Assembly (NCBI GenBank): GCA_963771465.1
Contig: CAVYTU010000014.1
Coordinates: 832,001-896,000 of the forward strand
Direction: 5' to 3'
Source: an uncultured delta proteobacterium
GTDB lineage: Bacteria; Desulfobacterota; Binatia; UBA9968
Length of the DNA: 64,000 nucleotides
Positions 29,997-40,848 of this stretch are shown here, piece by piece. The notes beneath the pieces were generated by a model. That model searched no databases. It was given only the letters and a program-made list of their open reading frames with translations, and was not told the origin of the DNA. The translations under genes were made by a program, and so were the position numbers. The number at the start of each line of letters is the position of its first letter. Position 1 is the stretch's first letter.

Positions 29997-30079
29997 ACGC
30001 TTGGCATTTTGCCGCGATATAAATTTTCCGTCGTTCGGTTGACGATTTTACAATTAAGAATCCAATAGGAGGAGGTCTT

Positions 30080-31829
30080 ATGGCCGCACGCTATGGTTCC
30101 GATCTGATCGTCGATTTGTTGAAAGTTTTGGGAATTGAATACGTCGCGCTCAATCCCGGTTCGAGCTTCCGCGGCATCCACGATTCTCTGGTCAACTACG
30201 AGAGCGGCCACAAGCCCAATCCTGAAATGATTTTATGCTGCCACGAAGAGATCGCCGTCGCGGTGGCGCATGGCTACGCCAAAGCGACCGGCAAGATCAT
30301 GCCGGCGATCGTGCACAACGTGGTCGGCCTGCAACATGCCTCGATGGCGATCTACAACGCCTGGTGCGATCACACACCGGTGATGGTCATGGGCGGTACC
30401 GGGCCGATGAATTCGAGCAAGCGGCGGCCGTGGATCGACTGGATTCACACGGCGCAGGTGCAGGGCAATCTGGTGCGCGACTTCGTCAAGTGGGACGACC
30501 AGCCGGTGGGTGTCGAAGCGTTTCCTTCTTCGATCATGCGCGGCTATCGCATCGCCATGAGCGATCCCGGCGGGCCGGTCTATCTCTGCTTCGACGTGAC
30601 CGACCAAGAGGCTGCGATCGAAAAGGAAATACCGCTGCCTGACCCGAAGCGCTTTCGCCCGCCAGCGCCATTACAAGCGGACTACGACGCGATCAAAGAA
30701 GCCGCACAGTTACTAGCGTCGGCGCAAAATCCGGTGATCCTTGCCGACTACGTCGGGCGCAACAACGACGCGGTGATGGGCCTGGTCGCGCTCGCCGATC
30801 TTCTGTCTATTCCGGTGGTCGATTTCGGTGCGCGCTTGAATTTTCCCAATACTCACTCGCTTAATCTCACCGGCAGAAACCGCGAGTTGATCGCCAACGC
30901 CGACGTGATCATGGGACTGGACATGACCGATCTCTACGGCGCGCTGGTGCGCTCGGATCCCAACACTCACGCCAACGTTCCCGCGACCAAACCCGGCTGT
31001 AAAGTGATCAACATCACGCTCAAAGATATCGTAGTGCGCGGTTGGAGCAGCGATTTTCAGGAACTGGCGCCGGTGGATCTGCCGATCGTCGCCAACACCA
31101 AAGTCTTTCTCCCCGCGCTCGCTGAGGAAATCAGAAAGCAGGGAAAATTTTCCAAGAGCGTCGTCGAGGATCGGCGCAAAGCATTGGCGGCGCAGCACGA
31201 AGAAATCCACGCGCGCTGGCAAGCCGATCTCAAGAAACGCTGGGACGAGCGGCCGATCGCGCCGCCGCGGCTTGCCTGGGAAATTTGGGAAGCGCTCAAA
31301 AAAGAAGACTGGCTGCTGGTCGCCGGCGCGTTTCGTGGTTGGCCGAGCCGGTTATGGACATGGGACAAACCTGGGCTGTTTCTCGGCGGTTACGGCGGTG
31401 GTGGATTGGGTTACGGACCCGCTGCGTCGGTGGGCGCATCGCTGCCGTATCGCGGCACGGGCAAGATCTGCGTCAATCTGCAGCGCGACGGCGAGATGCT
31501 ATACACGCCGAGCGCTCTGTGGACCGCCGCCAACACCGGCGTGCCGCTGCTGACCGTGATGACCAACAATCGGGTTTATTACAATGACGTGGAGCATCAG
31601 GAAAAGGTCGCGATCCACCGCGGCCGGCCCGTGGAGAACAAACTCGTGGGTATGGAAATGGCCAAGCCGCCGGTGGATTTTGCCAACCTGGCGCGCACCT
31701 TCAGTCGTTCACGGCGAGGGACCGATCACCGAACCGGAGCAGATTCGCCCGGCGGTGGAACGGGCGATCAAGGTCATCAAAGAAGAAAAACGACCGGCCC
31801 TGGTCGATGTGTATATGCAGATGGTGTGA
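30080..31829 (+). CDS. ThDP-binding enzyme (benzoylformate decarboxylase/acetolactate synthase-like); 1-nt insertion near 31705
   Basis: NPGSS, CHEE..AHGYAK, xDG...NN ThDP motif; the true tail VHGEGPITEP...PALVDV is in the shifted frame ending at 31829. Confidence 0.88.
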
Positions 31830-31863
31830 TCTTCGTTCTATTGCTCGAAGAGGAGAACGCAGA

Positions 31864-32871
31864 ATGCTCGTGGCCAAAATTTTGTTTCTAGGTTTCCTGG
31901 TACTGATTGCGTCGGGTTGGCCGGATCGCGGTTATTCTCAACAGAAGCCGTTAAAAAAAATTCGCGTCGGCGTGCCTTCCGTGGGCATGGGCAACATCAT
32001 CATCTTCGTCACCAAAGAAGGTAAACTGTTCGAGAAGTACGGACTCGACGCCGAGGTCATCACCGTCATGGGGTCAGGGATCGGCTCGAAAGCGTTGATC
32101 AGCGGCAACTTGGACATTATTCCCATCGCGACGCCGACAGTTATCGCGGCCAATCTGGCGGGCGCCGACATGGCCATTCTGGCGCATACGATGCCCGCAG
32201 TGGTTCACGCCTTGATGGTTCGGCCCGATATCAAGCGGCCGGAGGATCTGAAAGGCAAAAAAATCGGCGTGTCGAGTTTGGGCTCGTTGACGGATTTTTT
32301 GGTGCGCTCGATCGCCAAGAAAAAAGGGCTCAACCCCGATCGCGACATAACTCTGCTGACAACCGGCGGCAGCGATACCGAACGCGTCATGGCGCTCAAG
32401 GCCGGTGCGGTCGAGGCGGCGGCGGTGTCTCATCCCGGCTACGGTTTGGCGCGGAAAATGGGATTCAACATGCTTTGGGATTCGGCCAAGGAACTCGACT
32501 ACCCGTGGATGGAAATTACCACGCGCCGCGCCGCGATCAAAAACGATCGCGAACTGATTACGCAGATACATGAAAGCACACCTGGAAGGCATCGCGCTGT
32601 TTAAAACCAACCGCGAATTTCGGCGTCAAGGTCATCAAGAAGAACCTTGAAAATGACTGATGACGAATTAGTCAATGAATCCTACGAAATCTTCTCAAAA
32701 ATGTTTCTGCCGACGCCGTATCCCAATCATCCGGGGATGAAGATAAGCTTCGAGTACGTCGCGATGACGCGCAACGACGTCTGGGGTCACAAGCCGGAAG
32801 AGTTTACCGATCCGAGTTTCGTCACGGAGCTGGATAAAAGCGGCTTTATCAAGTCGCTGTATGGGAAGTGA
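31864..32871 (+). CDS. ABC substrate-binding protein (NMT1/SsuA-like); three 1-nt insertions at about 32563-32645
   Basis: Close paralog of 44017-45015; alignment to it restores RYMKAHLEGIALFK...GVKVIKK. Confidence 0.85.
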
Positions 32872-33125
32872 GCGCTGACTGACTATCGAGCAGAGTACCG
32901 AAAAGGGAGATCCCGCGTCTGTTGCGCAAGATCCTGAACGATAATCCGTGAAGATTCTACGGGCTATAGGTAGTTTCCCTCAGCGCGGTCAGGGCGTCCG
33001 CAGTTCACTTACAAAAAGTTTCCCGCGATACGATCACTTTGTGGGATAAACGCTATACATCCGACCGATAAAGCCGCAGTCATCAGGTTTGCGGAGGGAT
33101 GTATGTAAAAGTCCCTCAAGGCGCT

Positions 33126-35803
33126 TCACGCGTGGGCGTCGGCCCAGTTGGCGCCGCTGTGTACTTCGACCGCCAAGCCGCAGCGCAGATCGGCGGCTTG
33201 AGTCATTTCTCTTTCGATCAATGCGCGCGCTTGACTGACCTTGTCCGCCGGCACTTCAAAAACCAATTCGTCGTGAACCGTCAGAAGCATTTTGGCGACC
33301 GGCTCCTTGCGCAACGCGGCGTCGACATTGATCATCGCCTTCTTGAGAATGTCGGCGGCGCTTCCCTGGATCGGTGCGTTGAGCGCCATGCGCTCGCCGA
33401 TTGCGCGCAGACGGAAATTAGACGACTGCAACTCGGGCAGATAGCGGCGCCGGCCGAACATGGTTGTGGTAAAGCCGTCAACTTTCGCTTTCTCCACCTG
33501 GGCGGCAAGAAATTCTTTTAGCTTTGGAAATTGCGCGTAGTAGGTTTCGACGAAGCTCGCGGCTTCATCCATTTCGACGCCAAGGCGCTGCGAGACACCG
33601 TAAGTGGACATGCCGTAGGCGATGCCGTAAGAAAACTGTTTGACCCGATTGCGCATCTCCGAAGTCACTTCACTCAATGGCACGTTGAAGACTTTTCCGG
33701 CGATGGTCGCGTGGAAGTCGTGCTTCTGGGCGAACGCTTGGCAAAACGTCTCATCCTCGGACAGATGCGCCAGCACGCGCAGCTCGATTTGCGAATAATC
33801 AGCCGAGAGCAAAACCTGTCCCGGCGGCGCAATGAAAGCGCGGCGAATTTGTCGTCCGAGATCAGCGCGAATGGGAATGTTTTGCAAATTAGGTGCGGTC
33901 GATGACAATCGCCCGGTCGCCGCCGTGGTCTGCTCGTAGGTCGTATGGATGCGTCCAGTCTTGGGATCGATGAGGCCGAGCAGCATTTCGCTGAAACCAT
34001 TCTTGAGCTTCGAGACCTCGCGGTATTCGAGCAATGAAGCGACGATCGGGTGCCGGTCGGCGAGCTTCTCCAACTCGGCGGCATCCGTGGAATAGCCGGT
34101 TTTGATTTTTCTGGTTTTCGGCAAGGCTAGTTTGTCGAAAAGAATGCGCTGCAGCTGCAGGTTGGAGTTGACGTTGAACTCTTCGCCAGCGAGCTGTTGA
34201 ATCGTCTGCTCCAGGCTTATTACCTTCTGCCCGAAGTCCGAGTTCAGCTTATCGAGATAGTCCCGATCGACTAGAATGCCGGTGTGCTCCATGCGCGCGA
34301 GCACTGGGATCAAGGGAAACTCGAGAGTCTTGGCAAGCTCCCAGGCGCCTTGCGCGCGGAGTTTCTCCTCGACGGCCGGCGCCACGGCGCGGACCGCCAC
34401 GGCCTCCCGACATACGCTTTGCTTTTCATCCGTTTCAAAAGACAGCGTGCCCTGCTCACCAGCTTGCGGTTCTCCGTTCTGCAAATCGAGGCTGACGCCT
34501 AGATAACGACTCACGATGTCGCGCAGGTCGTACCCTGACGAGGAGCCGGGTTCGAGGAGATAGGCGGCGAGCTTGGTGTCACAGTGCAAACCTTCGATTT
34601 CTACGCCGGCGTTGAGAGCGGAACGGAAAAGCTTTTTGGCGTCATGGGCGATTTTTTGCCGGTTCGAATCCCTCAGTGCGCCGGCGATCCTGCGCATGGC
34701 ATCATTACACGGCATAATGCGCGCCTCGCCAGATCCATCGCTCACGGCGAGCCACTGATCGTTCCAAGCGAGCGCAATCATTTCGCCCGGCCGCAGCTCG
34801 CTCTCCGAGGCGAGCTCCGAAGTCGAATTCACTTCCAACACGGGCGCCGCCGCCGCAGCGCCGTGAAATTTGAGTTCCTTCAGCCGCTCGTGCAGGCTGC
34901 GAAATTCGAGCGAGTGAAAAAGGCTGCGCACTGCTTCGTCATCCCATGCTTCCAGTCGCAGTTTCGCCGGATCGAGGTCGAGACGCACATCGTCGAGCAG
35001 ATGCCCCAGCTCTTTATTGATCCGAACTTGAGCCGCATGCTTCTTGATCGCTTCGCGAAGTTTCGGCGTCAGTTCCTCTGCATGGGCTATCACCTGCTCG
35101 ATATCGCCGTACTTATTGATGAGCTGCGCGGCGGTCTTGTCGCCGACGCCGGGCACGCCCGGTAAGTTGTCCGCGCTTTCACCCTTGAGGGCGACGAAAT
35201 CGATCCACTTTTCCGGTGTCACGCCGTAGCGCTCGATCACCGTCGGCGAGTCATAACGGATGACGTCAGAAATACCGCGTCGGGTCATAATGACGGCGAC
35301 ACCGTCGCGAACCAATTGAAGGATATCCCGGTCGCCGGTGACGATAAGCACCTCGCAACCTTCTTCGCACGCGTGCTTGGTCAAGGTCGCCAGAAGGTCG
35401 TCGGCCTCATAGCCTTCCAACTCGACTATGGGAATCCGCAAGCTCTCGAGCACATCGCGAATCAAAGGTAGCTGCTGCTTGAACAAGTCCGGCGTCGCCG
35501 CGCGCCCAGCCTTGTACTCCGCGTAACGGTCGAGACGGAATTGCGGCGCGCCTTTGTCGAAGCAAACGACTACCCCTTGTGGCCGCTCGTCGGCGAGAAG
35601 CTTGATCAGCATCGCAGTGAAGCCGTAGACAGCGTTGGTCACTTGCCCGGACGACGTGACGAGAGTATCGGGCAGTGCAAAAAAAGCGCGGTAGGCCAGC
35701 GAATGCCCGTCGAGCAGCACCACTTTGTGCGCGTCCGGTTTGATCGCCGCCGCCATCGCGCGGTTAGACTTTATTTCAGTTCGTTTTTTGGCTTTGTCGC
35801 TCA
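33126..35803 (-). CDS. polA: DNA polymerase I (5'-3' exonuclease intact, 3'-5' exonuclease degenerate)
   Basis: DGHSLAYRAF, EADD, TGDRD, PGVG, TGRLSS, NLQNIP, ADYSQIELR, QGSAAD, VHDEL. ORF track gives 33126..35804. Confidence 0.97.
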
Positions 35804-35915
35804 TGGAATGAGTCTAACCAGTGAATTCGTTCGCGGCAATATCGCGAGCCTCCAGCCGGGCGGAATCCAGTAAGATCTATGCTATATCCGTCGCTAAGTG
35901 CGCGGCCAATATTCG

Positions 35916-36563
35916 CTAGTACAACTTTCCTTCAAACACCCAGCGATCGAGATTGTCAAAGTACGCCCGGCGCAACAGTAAACTCATCGCCACGGCGCGG
36001 CCGGCGCGTTCCTGTTTCTCCGCCGTCGTCGCGTATTTGACGAGAATCTCAAATGGGTAATTACCATGTTCTTCTTCGTCTTCGTGGATTTTCTGATAGG
36101 GCGCGGTGACCCAGCGGGGAACTGTGCCGGCGTGTAAACTCTTGGCGATTAAATAATCGGCGACGCCTTCGCCGGCCATGGGGAACGCGGCGATCCTTTC
36201 GACTGTGTCGGTCAGTCCTTCGAAGGCGTTGAACATCGCCATCTGCGCGGGCAGCGCCTGATAGTCGTGCGGCGTGGCGCCTTTGCTGCGCAGAGCTTCT
36301 TCAAGGAATGTCGCGTGCTGGTATTCTTCATGAGTCGATTCAGCGAGGATTTTCTTCACGTCGAGTTCGGGTGTGCTCTTCAACCAGCCGCCGAAGATTT
36401 CGCCGGCGCGGATTTCATTAAACAGCCGGCTCTGCATGACTTTGATTCTCATTTCATCCGTCGTCAGCGGAATAAAGCTATAAGCCGGTAACTTCGCGTC
36501 GAGGTTCTTGCAGAACTCGGCGACATGTTTTTCCAGCGATTTGGCAAATTCACGGCTATCCAT
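35916..36563 (-). CDS. Ferritin-like di-iron carboxylate protein
   Basis: Two E...ExxH modules (NEIRA...EEYQH; GEG...DEEEH); GGAG RBS. Confidence 0.7.
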   Translation of the reverse strand: MDSREFAKSLEKHVAEFCKNLDAKLPAYSFIPLTTDEMRIKVMQSRLFNEIRAGEIFGGWLKSTPELDVKKILAESTHEEYQHATFLEEALRSKGATPHDYQALPAQMAMFNAFEGLTDTVERIAAFPMAGEGVADYLIAKSLHAGTVPRWVTAPYQKIHEDEEEHGNYPFEILVKYATTAEKQERAGRAVAMSLLLRRAYFDNLDRWVFEGKLY

Positions 36564-36631
36564 GTTTCACTCCGGAGGCGATTTTGTTTCAGCCATTCGC
36601 TATCAAGTCAAATCTTCAGGGTCAAGCAGGT

Positions 36632-37513
36632 TCAGCGATTGGTGATCAACACGACGCCGCCAACCATCAAGATCGCGCCGCAGATGATGCGTAGATTGAC
36701 CGTTTCGACCTTGCGCAAAAACAGCGCGCTGAAAAAAACCGAGAACAGTGGCGTGGTATTGAGCAGGGGAATGATCACGGCCATCTGACCGCGGCCGAGG
36801 GCGATGAAGTTGGCGATTTGCGCGGCGGTGGCGACCAATGCGGCGGCGAGGAAGAACAAAAAGCTCGTGCGGTTCATGCGAAACTGCTGGCCACGGCCGG
36901 TGCTGAAGACGAAACCCAAGAGAAGAATCAGCGACACGGTGGTGACGATGGCGACCGCGACAAATGGATCGGGAATGATTTTGAGCGCTTGCTTGCGCAG
37001 CGTCTGCGAGATCGCCGAGATCAACGCGGCGCTGATCGGCAGGAGCGCGTCGATGACGCGCCATTTGGCGTCGTGCGGCTGCTTGCCAGAGATCAACCAG
37101 AGACTGCCGACGATTAGCAACGTGCCGACATACACTGGCAGTCCTGGTTCTTCGTTCAACACGAGCACGGCGATGGCCGCGGCGAAGAGCGGCTCAATAC
37201 CGCGCAGCGGCCCGGCACGGGCAACGCCGATTCGGGTAATGCCTTCATAGAAAAGTGCGCGGGCAAAGAGCGGCTGCATACAGCCGCTGATCAGGTAGTA
37301 GATCATCGCCGGCGAAGCGAGAAACTCCAGCGAGGTGGTGGCGATCAAGTAAGTCCAGACGCAGGTGATCGAGACCGCGTAGCTCATCAGCATGGCGGCG
37401 AAGATGTTGGACTTGTGCAAGCCAAAACGGACGAGGATGGAGTCGATCGCCCAGCCCATGGCGGACCAGATGGCGATGATTTCAGGGACCAGTAGCGTCA
37501 AAGCTTGACTCAA
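36632..37513 (-). CDS. EamA/DMT-family transporter
   Basis: About 10 TM helices in two repeats; PLF...L.E motifs. Confidence 0.9.
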   Translation of the reverse strand: MSQALTLLVPEIIAIWSAMGWAIDSILVRFGLHKSNIFAAMLMSYAVSITCVWTYLIATTSLEFLASPAMIYYLISGCMQPLFARALFYEGITRIGVARAGPLRGIEPLFAAAIAVLVLNEEPGLPVYVGTLLIVGSLWLISGKQPHDAKWRVIDALLPISAALISAISQTLRKQALKIIPDPFVAVAIVTTVSLILLLGFVFSTGRGQQFRMNRTSFLFFLAAALVATAAQIANFIALGRGQMAVIIPLLNTTPLFSVFFSALFLRKVETVNLRIICGAILMVGGVVLITNR

Positions 37514-37674
37514 TTCGTTGGTGCTTCCAGATAAGCCGAGGAGCGGATTTATTGCAAACGTTGAGGCGCGCCGCTGCCGACGATTTGAACCGCGGCAAGC
37601 TGACCCTTGCAGCGATGCGACGGCGTATCCTAAGATCGCCCGATGTTGGCGACAAATTTCTACTGGAGGGATTT

Positions 37675-38112
37675 ATGGAGAAACAAGCTCAAGTGGTTCA
37701 GCTAAAAACTCAGCTGGTAAAGGAAGGGCACACTCGCTTCATGCTCGCTGAGACCGATCTAATGACGCTACGGATTCACTGCTATGCGCCGGGCATCGGT
37801 GAAAATGCATTGCATGCCCATACCAAAGAGGATCATATCTTTGTCGTTTTAGAGGGAACCGCGCAGTTCACTACCGGGAGAGATGGAAAAACCGTCGTCG
37901 GTGCGACAAAGAATCATGCGGTAGTGTTGCCGGCGGGGAGTTACTATCAATTTTGTAACTCAGGTCAGACGCCGCTGGTGATGGCGCGCATCGGCGCCGG
38001 CTCCGATAAGGCGGACCAACGGCTCAACCCGGATGGCAGCGCGATCCCCGGCCGTGCGCAAGAACACGGCGCGGCAAAACCGGTTTTGATAGAAGGCGCC
38101 TTCTTCGAGTAG
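37675..38112 (+). CDS. Cupin-domain protein
   Basis: LHAHTKEDHIFVVLEG and LPAGSYYQF; GGAGG RBS before ATG 37675. Confidence 0.88.
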   Translation: MEKQAQVVQLKTQLVKEGHTRFMLAETDLMTLRIHCYAPGIGENALHAHTKEDHIFVVLEGTAQFTTGRDGKTVVGATKNHAVVLPAGSYYQFCNSGQTPLVMARIGAGSDKADQRLNPDGSAIPGRAQEHGAAKPVLIEGAFFE

Positions 38113-38140
38113 TGACAATCGATTGGAACGTGAGGGAGGG

Positions 38141-38207
38141 GACAAGCCCGTGCCGGTTGGGGGCGGACACGGGCTTGTCGGGGGAGCTTCCCCACTCGGG
38201 GAAGTTC
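38141..38207. terminator. Two tandem hairpins between convergent genes
   Basis: gacaagcccgtg/cacgggcttgtc (12 bp) and gagcttcccc/ggggaagttc. Confidence 0.6.
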
Positions 38208-38219
38208 GCAGAAACAAAA

Positions 38220-38429
38220 TCAAGCGAAGTCGCGCATGTGGGAAAAGGTATGTTGCAACTTTCTCAATTCACCATTGATCCAGCGTTGTCGGCGGCGATG
38301 CTGGGTGAGATGGGGCTTAAGAAGCGATACCGGAAACATCTTGGCACCGCATTTTTCACACATCGCGCCGCGCAAGTTTCTTTTTTCGATGGAAATAATT
38401 TTTGAGCTAATTTGGGTTACTGGATTCAT
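38220..38429 (-). CDS. 69-aa basic protein with a classical C2H2 zinc finger
   Basis: CEKC-GAK-M-FPVSLLKP-H-LTQ-H fits C-x2-C-x3-hydrophobic-x8-H-x3-H; AGGAGG RBS; sigma54 promoter upstream. Confidence 0.7.
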   Translation of the reverse strand: MNPVTQISSKIISIEKRNLRGAMCEKCGAKMFPVSLLKPHLTQHRRRQRWINGELRKLQHTFSHMRDFA

Positions 38430-38459
38430 CCGCGTCCTCCTGCAATGCCTGGATTAGAC

Positions 38460-38475
38460 AGCAAGGCTCATGCCA
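38460..38475 (-). promoter_or_regulatory. Sigma54 (-24/-12) promoter
   Basis: TGGCAT-GAGCC-TTGCT, near-consensus with exact spacing, about 30 bp upstream of the C2H2 gene. Confidence 0.75.
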
Positions 38476-38731
38476 GCGCATTTGATGCATGAACTGCTGG
38501 GGAAACGCGCGACTTTGCTTGGATTCTCGCGATCAGATAGCCGGCCTTACGTTTGTGGATGACTCCTGAGTTGACAGTGCCTTGCCATAGGTGACAGCAC
38601 AATGGCAGAGAGACGAATGAGAATAGCGGAAAATTCTAAAAGCGTGCGAGAAGCGTTACCAAGTTACACCAAAACCGGACAATTATCCCGACGGAAATTT
38701 CATGGTGTCACGATGTCGCGGGAACCACGCA

Positions 38732-39781
38732 TCAGAGATATTGCTTGAAGCCGAAAAATTCAGCAGCAGTGCCGCCTAATAAGTTGTCAATGTCCTGGGA
38801 GCTCAGTCCTTGGTGAGCTTGCAGCATCGAGATGGTATTGGGTGAAGTGCCGTCCGGGTGGGGGTAGTCGCTGCCGATCATCAATCGCGCGCTACCAAGG
38901 CGTTTGACTACGTCGGGGAGCGTCGAGTCCTCTGAGCCGAAAGAGAAATAGAAATTATCGAAACAGTCCTTGGGCCGGCGTGGAGTCCGTGCGCGCGCCG
39001 CCGGCCGTGCGTCGTACGCCATCTCAAGGCGATCGAGCAGCCAGGGAATCCAGCCGATACCGACTTCAAAATAGCCGAACTTTAGCGCCGGAAAACGATT
39101 GAGAACGCCGCTAAAGATAAGCGCTGAGATCGCTGTGAAAACTTCGAAGGGAAAACCCAAACAAACATCGAGGTTGTAGCGCGCGAAGCGCTCGACGCCG
39201 AGCAATGGGCCGCTGTCGACGCCGTGGACCGATAGCGGCACGGCGAGTTTTTCGACGGCCTCATAGAACGGCCAGAGAAATTCGCTGTCCAAGTCTTTGC
39301 CATTAATGTTCTGGTACATGATCACCGAGTGGAGGCCGAGTTCTTTGATGGCGAACTCGGCTTCAGCGATCGCGAGCTCGATGTCTTGCAGCGGCACCGC
39401 GGCGATGCCGATGAATTTGTTCGGGTACTTTTTCAGTATTCGCGCGATGGCCTGATTGTAGGCGCGGCTGACGTTGGCGCCCATGACGGCGTCGACGTCG
39501 TAGTAAAACGGCGCGTTGTTGGGAATCAACACTTGCATATCGAAGCCATCCTGCGCCATCGCTTCGAGGCGCGGTTCGATCTCAAAAGTGGCTTTGGGAC
39601 GGCCGTTGACGCGGAGCGGTTTGATATGTTCCGGCACAAACGGCGCGCGCGCCGGATAATCGATCCGATAATGGCCAGACGGCAACTCGACCAACCGTGG
39701 GCCTTGACCGACGTATTTTGGCTCTAAATCGGCGAACGCGTCCAGCGGTGTAAAATGAGTGTCGGAATCGATGCGGATCAT
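38732..39781 (-). CDS. Amidohydrolase_2 family (ACMSD-like decarboxylase/hydratase)
   Basis: DSDTH, RAYN, AAVPLQD, SVHG, EVGIGWIP, GSDYPHPD. Confidence 0.9.
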   Translation of the reverse strand: MIRIDSDTHFTPLDAFADLEPKYVGQGPRLVELPSGHYRIDYPARAPFVPEHIKPLRVNGRPKATFEIEPRLEAMAQDGFDMQVLIPNNAPFYYDVDAVMGANVSRAYNQAIARILKKYPNKFIGIAAVPLQDIELAIAEAEFAIKELGLHSVIMYQNINGKDLDSEFLWPFYEAVEKLAVPLSVHGVDSGPLLGVERFARYNLDVCLGFPFEVFTAISALIFSGVLNRFPALKFGYFEVGIGWIPWLLDRLEMAYDARPAARARTPRRPKDCFDNFYFSFGSEDSTLPDVVKRLGSARLMIGSDYPHPDGTSPNTISMLQAHQGLSSQDIDNLLGGTAAEFFGFKQYL

Positions 39782-39828
39782 CTTGCGCCTCCAACCTGTG
39801 GCAAGAAATTTAGCTGTGCAAAATCAAT

Positions 39829-40800
39829 TTATCGCAGAGTTCGCTCAGCCGCCGCAAGGATAAGTTCTTTGCTCGGTAAAAACTGCTTTTCCAACGCCGG
39901 ACTCGCGGGTACTGGCGCGAACGGCGCGGCGACCCGGCCGATCGGGCTGTCGAGATAATGGAAAGCTTCTTGCTGAACTCGGGCGACGATTTCGGCGCCG
40001 ATGCCGCCTTGTTCGACGGCTTCGTGGACGACGATCATGCGGCTGGTTTTCTTTACCGAGTTGACCATCGTCTCGATATCGAGCGGCGAGATCGTGCGCG
40101 GGTCGACGACTTCCGCCGAGATTCCCTCCGCTTCTAATTCTTTCGCCGCCGCCAACGCTGGGCCAACCATGCTGGACAGTGCAACGATGGTCACTTGCTC
40201 GCCTTGGCGCAGTACCGAGGCTTTGCCGATCGGGACGAGGGATTCCTCGTCGGGAACGTTGCCTTTCGACCAATAAAGTCCACGGTGTTCGATGAAGACG
40301 ACTGGGTTGTCGTCGCGGATCGCCGATTTCAATAGTCCTTTGGCGTCGGCCGGATTGGCCGGCATGACGACTTTTAGACCGGGAACATGGGCGAGCCACG
40401 ATTCTAAACTCTGCGAATGGTGCGCGCCCATGGCGCCGCTGATACCGCACTGCACGCGGACCGTCAGCGGAATTCTCAATTGTCCGCCGGACATGTAGTG
40501 CAGCTTGGCGGCGTGATTGATCAGTTGGTCCATCGCCAGGGTGATAAAGTCGATGAACATGATTTCAACGATCGGTCGTAAGCCGGCGGTTGCCGCGCCG
40601 ATGGTGATGCCCATGACCGTCGCTTCGCTGATCGGCGTGTTGACCAATCGGTTGACGCCAAAGGTTTCCGCCAATCCTTTCGTGACGCCGAACGGCCCGC
40701 CGAGGGCGACATCTTCGCCGAAAACATAGACCGATGAATCACGGCGCAACTCTTCTTCGATTCCCGTGCGGATCGCTTCGAGGTAAGTTTGTTCGGGCAT
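39829..40800 (-). CDS. 2-oxoacid/acetoin dehydrogenase E1 beta subunit (canonical)
   Basis: GEDV, NTPISE, EIMFIDF, AHHSQ, DAKGLL, DPRT; start uncertain (40800 or 40845). Confidence 0.93.
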   Translation of the reverse strand: MPEQTYLEAIRTGIEEELRRDSSVYVFGEDVALGGPFGVTKGLAETFGVNRLVNTPISEATVMGITIGAATAGLRPIVEIMFIDFITLAMDQLINHAAKLHYMSGGQLRIPLTVRVQCGISGAMGAHHSQSLESWLAHVPGLKVVMPANPADAKGLLKSAIRDDNPVVFIEHRGLYWSKGNVPDEESLVPIGKASVLRQGEQVTIVALSSMVGPALAAAKELEAEGISAEVVDPRTISPLDIETMVNSVKKTSRMIVVHEAVEQGGIGAEIVARVQQEAFHYLDSPIGRVAAPFAPVPASPALEKQFLPSKELILAAAERTLR

Positions 40801-40848
40801 GGTGTTTAGAAATTCGGCGATGGACACAGCGTGCCGCACCGCCATACG

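Noticed and set aside
32875-33105. Possible heavily deleted hicB/hicA traces (LTDY..RAEY; LLRKILND) and an atacatcc/ggatgtat hairpin
   Set aside because: The fragments are too short to support by eye; the hairpin may simply terminate polA.
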